This document shows positions 28,926-43,199 of a stretch of DNA of 64,000 nt, in pieces. Within the stretch, counting starts at the first letter, position 1, and each line of letters starts with the position of its first letter. The notes under the pieces were generated by a model. It was not told the origin of the DNA. It saw only the letters and a list, made by a program, of their open reading frames with translations, and did not search any database. Source of the stretch: Flaccisagitta enflata (taxonomy: Eukaryota); assembly GCA_965153355.1 (NCBI GenBank), contig OZ231126.1:12524001-12588000 (forward strand). The letters are read 5' to 3'. The position numbers and the translations under genes were made by a program.

Positions 28926-29605
28926 ATGAACATGAATATCATCGTAACTTCGTCTCAAGATCCCGTAGCCAATGCGACTCACGCCAAGTGTGCTATATGC
29001 CTCGGCATTGTCCCAGCTAGGAGGGCTTCAATACATCGAATTAAGTGTGAGGAGCAAAACCCCGATCTCGTGCCTCCGTTTCGATGCGCTGGTGCTTCAG
29101 GCCATATGTTCCATACTGCGTTTGAGTTGGAAAGGCACGAGCGATCTTGCCCTTGCCTTGCGGAGATACGAGAGTCACTCCTTGGGCCACCCCGACCAGT
29201 TGTGACGGGCAATGTACGTGCGCCGACTCCAACCAATCTCATTCCCGACGAACAATGGACAGATGAAGATCTCATAGAGACCGATCGATCTTTCGAATTG
29301 CCGCCCGTCCGCGATGACGAATACGACGCGTACACGGCAAAGGCAGTTCATGCCTTGGCAACCGAATTTTCTGATGATTGTCCTATTCGCAAGTGAGTTT
29401 TTCTGCACTCGTTGTTTCTTTGAGTTTCGTTTGATGGTGATACTTAACTCTCAACGCACCTCATCGCAACTTAATACATCAACATCATGATACAATAGAT
29501 AAACCTAGTTAAATACTGCATCACGATGCTGATGGAGTAACCACATTGGGTTGCGATTTATTTAATAGCTAATGCCTTTCTAATCCCCTCTCTCTCTCTC
29601 TCTCT

Positions 29606-29651
<46 letters not shown>

Positions 29652-31309
29652 CATACACACACAGAATTAAACGTTTACATCAACGCGCTCTTGGCATAGT
29701 GAATGGAAAGGGCAGCATCCGTGAGAGCGTTCCCATCATAACCCTCCCCATCAGCAATCCGCCAATAGCTTCTCATGATCCGCTATCGCATGAGGTCATT
29801 TCGGACCTTCTGGCGCTGAGTCCTATGGAGCGTGAGAAGCGGATGATTCAGCTTCTGATGCAGTTAAAAAGAAAGCATCCAACTGGGGAGCAGAAGGCGA
29901 CTTTTATTGCGCGGGCCAAATCGTTTTGCGCCATGATTGATCATGATCGGCTGCCACGCTTTGTTTTGAACCTTTGCGATGGAAACTTTCGAGAATTAGG
30001 CCATTGGGAATCAGGCCTTGGCCACTCAACGCCTATCCAAGTGGCTTACACGCTGGGCCTTGGTCATATCAGTGTGGAAATCTTCGAAACTTATCTATAT
30101 TGGAATTCTTGCCTTGAAGAAGAAGTAGTTTTCGAATTCGCCAAATTAGCGGGAAAACAACGTGTTGGAGATGCGATTGAGCAACTGATCAAGCTGCTTA
30201 ATCCGAAATTTGATGCCATCAGCCATCTTCAACTGAATGAATTTTTCTTTGATCGCATCTCTAAATTGGATGGAATTCCGCCTCCAAACCCGCAACGTGT
30301 TCGCAAGTTCATCTCGGAACTGAGTGATAGTGTGGGACTCTCAGACAAAACGGAATTTGAACAAGTCAATGAATATTTCAAGAAACTCTTGGATCGCCTC
30401 TCTCAGGGGGGTATGGAGCTCGTGGATTTTGTTATCAGGATCCATCAGGCATGTGGGGAAGAGGACCGATATTGGTTGGCAATCTTTACGCTGCTCTATG
30501 AGAAGATGCCTGACGTTGGATATGTTTTGTACAAGACCTTGTCGCCCCTGGATGGTTTTGTCCATCTCCAGCCGCCTGTTGATGTTGCCTTGCTCCCCTC
30601 AAGTTTTAAAGAAGCTAAATGCGACAAAAACGGGGTTTATTTCCACGAGCTCTGCGATTCGGCTTCATTTTTGGTTGTTGAGCAAGAAGAAGACTACAAC
30701 CGTGCCATCGCATCAATTGTTGCGGAGACTGGACCCATTCCGCTTGTGGTGAGGAAATCTCAACTCCCGCCGCACCTTCCCAGACCTCCCGGCTTTGCAG
30801 TTCTAGCAATTATTGCTGAAGATATGACCTTCATTTTGCAAGCTGAGTCAATCATCCTAGGCTCCCCGCAGGAGGCGCTCTTTCGTCGTCTCGTCAATTC
30901 CTTGTCTTCAAAATATTTGATTGTTTCGGGTTCCGCGGGATGGTCGCCGCTGACCATGATTCATGCCCTTCATCGTGAATTTGAGCCCTGCTTTCCCATC
31001 TTGCTGACCACGGTTCTTCAAAAGCAAACTACGAAGAAAGATGCCTTGGCTTTACTTGTTTTGCCTGATGGCGAAGCTGTTTGTCACAGATTTGAGCTGA
31101 CCATCTGGGAGTATTTCGAAGATGACGATGACCTGAAAATCCGCCACTTGGCTGCTCAACTCCAACTCATAAAAAGGGCGACATCTATTTTGATGGCAAA
31201 TGGTGCCAGTTTGGAGTCCCTCGCTGTCGATGGCCACCGCTCTTACAAGAAGGCCCAGAAGAAAGCTACGCGACCATTCAAGAATTATCCCTTCAAAGTT
31301 GTTGATTAA
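28926..31309 (+). CDS. Transposon accessory gene B, 703 aa: GTSF1/Asterix-like tandem zinc fingers fused to a degenerate Mut-7/EXD3-like 3'-5' exonuclease domain
   Basis: Exon 1 is 28926-29392 (donor AA|GTGAGT); exon 2 is 29665-31309 (acceptor ACACAG after a (CT)n tract). The phase-2 join is in frame (2112 nt). Fingers: CAIC-x11-HRIKC-EEQNPD and C-x5-H-x10-H-x3-C, then acidic DEQWTDED. The C-terminal region follows the Mut-7 exonuclease motif order but lacks the catalytic acidic residues. Confidence 0.8.
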
Positions 31310-31400
31310 TGAGGACGTGGTATTGGAAGAAAACGGCAATCACATTACTTTTCTAAAAACTTGTAGCGACAATGACTACGCAATTGAAAGGGTCCATATT

Positions 31401-32524
31401 TTAATGAAACTGAAAAAAACTCTTGAAATACTTTTTCGCCAGTTTTACATGACGTAGTGACGGTCGTGCCATTGGAACATCAGCCAACAATCGTTCTTCC
31501 TTCGCCAGGCGCTGTCCCGACCGCGAGACGGCATCCATTCCTTTCACGTCTTCCGCCACGATAGATCCCAAATGTGTGTAAATAAATAATGCGTATAAAT
31601 AATCAACACGTTCATAGCGAATCTCGTCTGGGAGTTCTGGATCATCGATAAACACTCTCAAACCCATTTTGTGCAAATCCATAAGGCGGAATAATTTCAT
31701 AATTTTCGCGCTGGCGGATGGCTTCGCACGTTGAGGCTCGGGCTGCCGGCGTAGGATCGCAGTAGACTAAATTGGCGCCATAACTTTCTGATAATAATGG
31801 GTCAAAAGCGTCAACCAAATGGTAGGGTAACATCTGTTCGCTGGGGTTAGAGACGTGTAATAATCTTCCTATTACCCCCCCCCCACAATTGCCATGGGAG
31901 ATAAGGACGCCATTCAACGGCAACCCACCGCAAGTGCAAATGCGGGATCGATGTCTTCATAACTCGGTGTCGTGATCGTGATAAAGAGATACGCCGCAAC
32001 CCCATCTTGTAGGAACTCGTGATAAGTGGGAACAAAGAGTGGGAAAGTCTTGTAAGCCGACCCAACAGCGTCGGAAACCCAACTATCATTTCCGTTTCTT
32101 CAGTTCTTCGAATCTTACATCTCGGAATAACATGGTGTTTAACGCCAAAGGACATGCGTCTCGACTGAAGAACATCACTCGTTTCTGCTTCTCTGCTTCT
32201 TTGAAGGGCGTTGCGGAGGTCCAAACTAGTGACAAAGGCGGATCGCCGTTCGTCTTCCGTTGGTGGCCAATGACTTAGTCGCCAGTACAAATAAGTCACG
32301 CCGCTGGTGCTGGTGTACACAGAGGCGTCATGAAATTTGAGTGTTTCTTTGTCAGATTCCTATTTGTGATTAGTTTCGCGCGACATGACAATAGTTTGGT
32401 CGGGAAATCGCTCTCGAATCCCTCAGCAGTCAAATCTTGACAGGCGGAAAGGATTGGGGAATTCGCGAGATCCGTCACCCATATTCGGCGTTTCAAACAC
32501 TCATTTTATAATTTCTTTCTCCAT
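31401..32524 (-). pseudogene. Probable frameshifted cargo gene of unknown function
   Basis: Four consecutive overlapping minus-strand ORFs (32296-32496, 31847-32320, 31642-31923, 31401-31700) in non-repetitive, coding-like, GC-richer DNA. One shift lies at the C-run near 31875-31884. No family recognised. Confidence 0.4.
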
Positions 32525-32704
32525 CACCTTTGTATCTTTAAGCGCCGGTATGGAAAAGCCGGTATGGAAGAGACTGCTTTACAATGACGCGTTTTGAGAT
32601 TAGGGGAATCTTAAATTTTAACGTAGATCCGATTATTAGTAACTTCTCATTATGAACGTGAATATTATCTGAATGTTAATGGATGTAAAGGCCGTTAGAT
32701 AAGT

Positions 32705-33920
32705 TTTTTTGTCCGCGACGGATTTTAAAAAATAGATAACTTTTTTATGCTTTGACTGATCTGGTTCATATTTGGTTGGAAGTTGTACAAGGGTAAGGTG
32801 CTTTACATCCTATCCGATTTTTGTGATCCAACCAACCCAACCAGCCCAACCAGCCTACCGGCCTAAAACTGAAAAATGTGCATAACTTAGGCATTTTTCA
32901 ATCGATTTGGTTGAAATTTGGTATGGAGTCTCTAAATGGAAGGACTCAACATATGTATGTGATTTATATACATTTGAGCATGCTAACCGGCCAAACCGAC
33001 CTACCACCTAACCAGCCTACCGACCAAAAAGTGAAAAACTTGCATAACTTAGTCATTTTTCAACTGATTTGGTTGAAACTTGGTATGGAAGAACTCAACA
33101 TATGCACACTATTTATCCTGTCATACCAGCCTACTACCCAACCAGCCTACCAACCTACTAGCCTAAAAGTGTAAAAAGTGCATATCTTTGGCGTTTTTCA
33201 ACCAATTTAGTATGGAGTCTCTATATGGAAGGACTCAACACATGTGTGTGATTTTTTTATTTGAGCATGCTAAGCAGCCAAACTGACCTAGCACCCAACC
33301 AGCTTACCAGCCTAATAGTGAAAAAACTTGCGTATATTGGATATTTTTCAACTAATTTGGTTGAAACTTGATATGGAGTTTCTAAATGGAAGAACTCAAC
33401 ATATGCACACTATTTATCCAAACCAGCCTATCACCCAACCAGCCTACCACCCAACCACCCTACTACCCAACCACCTTACTAGCCCAAAAGTGAAAAACGT
33501 GCATAACTTTGCCATTTTTTAACTTTTTTATGCTTCGACCTATTTGGTTTATATTTAATGGAAGGTTGTAATAGGGTAAGGCGCTTTATATCCTATCCAA
33601 ATTTTGAGATCCGATCAATCCAACCAGCCCATCTAGCCTACCAGCCTAAAAAGTGAAAAACATGCATAACTTTGGCATTTTCCAACCGATTTAGTTGAAA
33701 TTTCGTATGGAGTCTCTTCATGGAAAAACTCGACATATATATGTGTCCTAAGTGATTTGTATTAATTTGAGCCTGCCAACCAGCCAAACCAGCCTACCAC
33801 CTAATCAGCCTACCAGCCTAGAAGTGAAAAACTTGCATAACATTATCATTTTTTAACCAATTTGGCTGAAACATGGTGTGGAGTCTCTAAATGGAAGAAC
33901 TCTACATATGCACGCTATGT
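32705..33920 (-). mobile_element. Second, inverted copy of the tandem-repeat-containing element family
   Basis: About 7-8 diverged units containing GCATAACTT..CATTTTTCAA..GATTTGGTTGAAA..TGGTATGGAG; 32705-32830 is the reverse complement of about 28405-28520. Confidence 0.65.
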
Positions 33921-36534
33921 GAACTTTTACTTGTTGCAATCTGAAGAGTTAGTGATCTTTTGATTAAATTGATCTTAAGGAATCTTCAACCCCCTTCCCT
34001 CCTGGACGCAAATACAGTTCAGATTTTCTCTTTTTACTGAGCTATGGATATTTGTGATCTAAGTAGCCATTTTGTCATTGTCATCGTCCAACAAATATAA
34101 GCTTCTTAATGTGTTTACCTAGTTTTAGATAATGATAAAGCAAATCATGATGATTGTCACTCACTGTAACTCTCTCTGTGTAACGTTCTGGGCTTAGACA
34201 TAAGAAACAGAAAATGGAGACTTTACTGCAGCAAAAACTGACTGCCCTGCGGGAAAAGTTTGATGCGCACCCTATTTCAAGAGATGCCTTAAAATCCGAC
34301 TCAAACTTCCTTCGTGACTTGCGTTGTAAATGCGGTTGGACAATTTCCATAAAAGAAGGAGCAAGGCCCTCCAAGGTTCTTACTGAAGTAAAAGAACACT
34401 ATGCCAAAAGAAAAACCATTTCCACAGCCCGAAAATTTAAGAATTCTGATGATCGGCACAGCCTCTTTGGATTCCATTTGGAGGATGATAACATTGTGTG
34501 CCACCAAACACCATCTGTCTTGGGGTGGCTTAATCCTGCAGCGGCAAGGGCCCCTCCTCAGCCAACAATACCTACAAACAAAAAGTATGTCTACCCAACA
34601 TCTGCTATAGATGAAATTCAACAACAAGAGAATGAAAAAAAGGACATAAAGCAAGCTTCTTTTGAAAGTGTGCAACAGCAAGAGAATGAAAAAAGGGACA
34701 AAGAGCAAACTGCCTTTGAAAGTGTTCAACAACAGGAACAAGAGAATGAACAGCAACAAAACTCACTGAGCGAAACTGCCATTGCAGAATCAGATCAGCG
34801 TGAACGTCAACGAATGCAAAATTCCTTTAAAGCCATGTTAGATCAGTTTGCCAAAATGCCTACAACTCCAGACTGGCTTATGAATCTCATTTGGGCTCAC
34901 AAAAATGGTAAAATCGATGCCGTACAAACCGCCGCACTAGAAGCTTTGGGGTCATCTTTCACTGACGCTCCTCGGAACCGACAATATTGCGAATTGAGTA
35001 AGGTTTTGTTCCGATACTTCAGTCTCACACAATCTGAAAAGTCCTATGAAGTATTTCGCCGCATTTATGGTGGTCCGACTTTTCGATATCTGACCGCTCT
35101 ACGCATAGACATTCTCACTGATGTGGGTTGTACAACCCGAAATATGGTGGAAGCGCGTATTTTCTTTGAAAAGGTAAGTTGTTGAAGTTTTTTTTATTCG
35201 TGGACATGCGACTCCACCTTGCCGTGTCGGTCGGTCCGTCAGTCACATTTCTGAATAGCGATTGGTTTTCGCATTACTGCTCCTGCCCAACTGTCCGCAA
35301 CTGTATTGCCGTGTATCCGGCCTTGTTTATTTCCAAAATTCAGAAAATGCTAACATAGTAACATTCTCCAAAGATGGAGATGTTCAAAAAGAGGCTCTTT
35401 AGCCATGTAAACAATTATTCACTGTCAGTTGGTCAGTTTTTAGGTTGAGTATTTAAGTATGAATTTAGTGATCAAAGTAGGTACTCTGCTATGAATAGAA
35501 AACCGCTTGCGACAGTCACCCCATTGACCTTGTTTAATCCTAATCTTGTTCTTGACAGATGGGCTACAAAGGCGTTATGATATGGGCTCATGATGAACAT
35601 CCAACCATGTGGGGCCTCAACTTTGATACTGCAAGTGGCCAAATAATCGGCGGCACTAATAAAACGCCACACGGAGACCTTAAAACAGTGAATGATGTGA
35701 TAGATTTCCTCAAAAAGCATACCAATGTTAGCAATCAACCAACTGTCTCATTGGTTGGGGCAATTTGTGCCTTGGGGAAACGTCTCCCGCTCTGTCCAGT
35801 TAGTTCTGAGCTCAGCCCACTTCTCAAAGGAGTGACATGGGAGTTTTTAACCACCTATTTGGAAAATGTTGGTAAAGCCGCCTTTTTGGCACTAGTGATT
35901 ATCGTTGCCATAGTGACAGACAATGATACGAGGATGCGTGGCAACACTTTAAACACTTGCTTGAAGGAACATATGAAAGAAGATGACGTTTATGTTGAAA
36001 TTGATCATCCAGCTTCCAGAATTGTTGCTCCTTGCATTTTCAACCGAGGTAAACCGGTTGCAAGACTCAAAGATGTGGAGCATCTACAGAAGGGATGGAG
36101 AAACAATCTTAATGTTCCAATGGTGTTGGGGTCCGAGAGTTTGTTTTGGTTGCACGTGGACCAAGTTCGTTTGTGTTTTCCTTACAGCCAGCATGGTTTA
36201 GGCGTCATGGACACCAACATTGCAGTAAGTGAATTTGTCCTCTTTAGTTTCTATAATATTTAGGCCTCCGTCGGTCCGTCTGTCGGTCCGTCCATTGATC
36301 CGTCTATCAGTCCATCATGGTCATCGAGTTGAAAAGTGGGAAAACAAGTGTTTTAGGTACTTGATAGATGCCCCAGCCCACCCGTCCACAACAATATTGT
36401 GACCCTGCGTCAATTGTTCAACTTAATCATCAAATCATCATATATGGACTAACTGATGGACAAAGCCTCTTGTAGAGTTGCACGAGTTATCACGGACCAT
36501 TGTAGATGGATCTTTAGAAGGACTGATTGTAAAG

Positions 36535-38642
<2,108 letters not shown>

Positions 38643-39832
38643 TTGTAAAGCCACGAGTCTGCATCTAGAAAGATTATGGCAAGTTTCTTATGGTAACTCT
38701 TATCATTCAACAAAATATCAACTCAGTGACATTCTGATTGAACAACATGACAATAATTTCTGCATATTGAGCTGTTGTTCTTGTTTCAGCAAGAGCTGGT
38801 AGGTCTCTTTTTGCTTTTTCTGGTCGTGGATACGCGACTACACCCTGATGTGTCGGTCCATCTGTCTTTAACGCTTTAAGTTTGTCTATTAGTCACATTT
38901 GTTAATTGCAAGCGGTTTTCACACTACTGCTCCTGCCAATTTATTTGTGACTGGATCGCCATGTATCCAGCGTTTTTTAAAGTTTTGGAAGCGCAACTCT
39001 TTTAGAGGCTTTGTCCGTCCATCAGTCCATTTGTTGGTTCATGTTCAAGAGTCGAAAATGGGGAAAACAAGTCTTTTAGATCCTTTTTGAGTATGTGTTT
39101 GTTGAAAGGGGGGGGTGGGGTGTGGATGGTTGTTAGGAATCCACTGCCCACCCATCCGCAAAGATATTGTGACCCCGCATCACTTGTTGCATCATTGCTC
39201 CTGGCATTTGACATATACAGCTCACTCAGCCTATTGTAACAAGTCTCTTGTTGTATAGAATGTAATAGACCAATGCCCATGTACAACTACTTTTCATCTT
39301 CTTCACAGGATCGCCAGAAAGTGTCGCCAGCCCAGAGGGTATTGCATCCAAGAGTGCGCAAGTGCCTGAGAGAGCTTGACCGGAGGAAGAAGTCTAGCGA
39401 CCGAGAAGGGCTTTGTATCTACCTGGAGGTCGGTGATAAAATGGTGGAAGCTTTAATGAGCCAAGAGATGGACTTTCTTCAAAGGATATATTATGTATGG
39501 CGAGCTCATTTTTTTCTTCAAGAATGGAAGGCCTGGTTTTTACATGAAAATAACTGCTACTCCGGGAAATTTAGAATAAATGCCTTACCATCTCAGCAGA
39601 TAATGGATGGAGTAGAGATAACAGCCAATGGTCTCACTCTGCTTATTATCATTATGGCCGAGTTCTATCCAAATGAACCGCTCTTAGTTGATCAAGTCAA
39701 TACTAAGAAGCTAGAAAATTTCTTCGGCACTGTTCGACAACAGCCTGGTAATTGTCAAAGCCACACATTGCAAGAAATGATGGGAAAGCAACGAAGAGCG
39801 GTTCTGAAAGACTTGACTGAAAACGAGTTGAA

Positions 39833-40556
39833 ATAGCAGCCCAAAGGCAGTAAGTGGTCAGCGGTACCCGTGCCCTGCTTGAGTAGTATGTGATTTAGGT
39901 TGAGGGGGAGCAGGGCAGCGGCCCCGAAGGGGACGAAGTCCTGTAGAACACAGGGGAATCTGTCCATCCGTCCGTTCGTCTGTCCTCCTCAGCTTTCCTT
40001 GCCTTCAGGATGCCAAATTATGAAAATCTCAAATGACAAATGGAAATATACAAGGGCAATTGGACAAGGGTGGGGGAGCAGGCCAGGATCTAGGTCTCTG
40101 AGGCCAGAATCTGGGTCTCAGAGGCCAGGGTTGGAGTCTCTGAGGCCAGGTCTTTGGGAGGAGGATAGGGCCTTGAGATTTAGGTCCAGGTCCTGGGTCC
40201 TGGAGGCCAGAATCTGGGTCACAGAGAGCAAGATCTAGATCTCTGAGGCTAGGATTAGGGTTTTAGAGGCCAGAATCTGGGTATTAGAAACCAGGATCTA
40301 GATCTTAGGGGCCAAAATGATTGAATTTTGACCAAAATTCAGGTTTTCTAGCCAGAATTTAGCCATTTTGCTTGGATTTTGCCATTTTGCTTGGATTTGG
40401 GCCATTTTGCTTGGATTTGCACTCCAAAGAAGACAAAGCCCTGAGAATGGGGCGGGGGGGGGACGGACGTACGGACGTACGGACGTACGGACGGACGGAC
40501 GGACAGATTCCCCCTGTGTTCTACAGGACTTCGTCCCCTTCGGGGCCGCTGCCCAA
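39833..40556 (-). mobile_element. HINE family B inserted in transposase exon 3
   Basis: Near-perfect inverted repeats (39912-39965 vs 40501-40554). Removing it restores GAG TTG AAG TAC (ELKY); it inserted at an AA/TT site, as Helentrons do. Confidence 0.85.
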
Positions 40557-41763
40557 AAGTACTGTGATAAACTACCTCAAGAAGCTCAAAAATTGCCCGA
40601 CAATTGCTACCCAGCAAATATCCCTGATTTACGGCATGAAATCAATTGCCGCATTGATCAAGCTAAAAAAGATGTAAAAGAAATGTTAAAGCCTTTCTTA
40701 GTTCTACCTTCCGATCCTGCTGATCCCCAAGAAGCTGTTTCATCTGAATTTGAAAGAGAGGAAGGTGGCTTTAGCGATGATGACGAAGACCAGTCACATG
40801 AGTTCCAAGACACTGGATTGTCACAGAAATCCGCTCACACTGTTGTTGATGAAGATGGGAGCCATCATAGTATACCATCCCTTGTGAGTGAATGGATAGG
40901 GAATCCAAGAAGAAACCGGGCAAGCAATAGGCTAGCACGATTCCTTAATGATCTCCACTACATGCCCCGCGATACTAATCCTCGCCTCTTTGAACAAGTT
41001 CGCGAGGGCATAATTTTAAGAATCAATGACTATGTGCTTTACCCAAAGAGGCTTAACAAGCAGAAAGACTTGCTTGTCGGAAAAGTCATTTGTTTTGTGA
41101 ATCATTACATTGCAAAAGGTGTTCAACGACAACAACAGCTTTTTGAAGCTAGCTCACGTGAGGATGAAGTCTGGTTGCGTCTTTTTACCGTTGACAAGAA
41201 TGGTCAGCTCCATTACTCCCACGAACGTTATGAAAAGGTTTCATTGGCGCTGATCAATTCACAACAGAACCTGACCACTGTGAGAAATGGAAAGATCTCA
41301 GATTTTGTTTTAGAACGATACTTTGAATTGAAACCTCTGCTTTGGAAGCCTTTTGATGATCTTGAGAAAGCAAAAGATGATGCAAAAAAAGCTGAAAGGG
41401 AAAAGAAACTGCAAGAGTGTACGGTTCCTATCACTTCATTGAGGTTGGATGAAGCCTGGAATGAGTGTTTTCGACGGTTGAAAATTAAGGATAAGAGAGA
41501 ACTGTTTGATGCATTAAAGCAGCTAGAAGGATCAATTTGTGCGGAGTTGGAGCTGGAGGAAACCAGCAGATCGTTTACTCTTGCTCGTTTAAAGCTGATA
41601 ATTTCCGTTTTGCGCAAGAATAACGTCTGGCTTCCAGAAGAGAATGACGATGACCAAGGAACTCAGGAAGAACCAGAAGTTACCCAAGCAGAAACTCAAG
41701 CTACCCAAATGGAAACTCAAGCTACTCAACCGGATGAGAATGATCATTGATGGTATGTCTTGC

Positions 41764-41769
41764 AATAAA
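41764..41769 (+). promoter_or_regulatory. Putative polyadenylation signal of the transposase gene
   Basis: AATAAA 13 nt after the stop codon. Confidence 0.5.
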
Positions 41770-41932
41770 TGTGCTTAATTTATGTTTAGGCATATCTTTA
41801 TTCCTCCTTTCACATTAGGTAGTAGGCAAGTAAAGAACTTTATAACCCAGTACAAAGCTCAAATTTGCTAGTCAGCAGGATTAAGAACTACATAATTTAG
41901 ACGAAATTTTGACCCAAAAGACAAGTTGTTTA

Positions 41933-42998
41933 ATAGGTTTTTAACACATTGTTAGATAGGTTTAGGTTTATAACAAAATGTTAAAACGGTTTTTAACACA
42001 CTTAAAATGGTCTTTAATATTCAAATATAACACACTGTTGAATACGGTTTTTAACACATTATTAAAAAGTTTTTTAACATATTGTTTAAAAGGTTTTTAA
42101 CACATTGTTAAAAAGGTTTTTAACACATTGTTAAAAAGGTTTTTAACACATTGTTAATAAGGTTTTTAACACATTGTTAAAAAGGTTTTTAACAAATTGT
42201 TAATACGGTTTTTAACACATTGTTAAAAAGGTTTTTAACACATTGTTAAAAGTGTTTTTAACACATTGTTAAAAAGGTTTTTAACACATTGTTAAAAAGG
42301 TTTTAACACATTGTTAAAAAGGTTTTTAACACATTGTTAAAAAGGTTTTTAACACATTGTTAAAAAGGTTTTTAACACATTGTTAAAAAGGTTTTTAACA
42401 CATTGTTAAAAAGGTTTTTAACACATTGTTAAAAAGGTTTTAACACATTGTTAAAAAGGTTTTTAACACATTGTTAAAAAGGTTTTTAACACATTGTTAA
42501 AAAGGTTTTTAACACATTGTTAAAAAGGTTTTTAACACATTGTTAAAAAGGTTTTAACACATTGTTAAAAAGGTTTTTAACACATTGTTAAAAAGGTTTT
42601 TAACACATTGTTAAAAAGGTTTTTAACACATTGTTAAAAAGGTTTTTAACACATTGTTAAAAAGGTTTTTTAACACATTGTTAAAAAGGTTTTTAACACA
42701 TTGTTAAAAAGGTTTTTAACACATTGTTAAAAAGGTTTTTAACACATTGTTAAAAAGGTTTTAACACATTGTTAAAAAGGTTTTAACACATTGTTAAAAA
42801 GGTTTTTAACACATTGTTAAAAACGTTTTTAACACATTGTTAAAAAGGTTTTTAACACATTGTTAAAAAGGTTTTTAACACATTGTTAAAAAGGTTTTTA
42901 ACACATTGTTAAAAAGGTTTTTAACACATTGTTAAAAAGGTTTTTAACACATTGTTAAAAAGGTTTTTAACACATTGTTAAAAAGGTTTTTAACACAT
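41933..42998. repeat. Right subterminal array, 23-bp palindromic unit GGTTTTTAACACATTGTTAAAAA, about 40 regular copies
   Basis: Homogeneous from about 42047 to 42998 and degenerate upstream; each unit is TTTTTAACA-CAT-TGTTAAAAA. Confidence 0.95.
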
Positions 42999-43137
42999 TA
43001 TTTTTTTAACAGATTGCTCACAAGGTTTTTAACCGTTTTTTAAAGTTTTTTACAGTTTTTAACAGAAACATTCTCCCTCAGTAAGCTTTTAACAAGCTGT
43101 TAAAAGCCTTTTAACACGTACCTCTTTAATTTGGGGC

Positions 43138-43199
43138 CTGTTAAAAGCTGTTAAAATCTGTTAAAAGCTGTTAAAAGGTTTTTAAGATTCCTCCCTCTG
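43138..43199 (-). repeat. Right terminal inverted repeat (62 bp)
   Basis: Exact reverse complement of 19110-19171, followed by TSD CTTATA. Confidence 0.97.

Noticed and set aside
29699-29725. Alternative gene B acceptor at 29699 (CATAG)
   Set aside because: It has a poor pyrimidine tract and gives a stop after 8 codons; the 29664 acceptor is in frame.
40368-40556. N-terminus of the 460-aa ORF as an independent gene start
   Set aside because: It is HINE-derived; the remainder is the transposase C-terminus.
41933-42998. CRISPR array (23-bp palindromic repeats)
   Set aside because: Units are contiguous with no unique spacers, there are no cas genes, and the context is eukaryotic.
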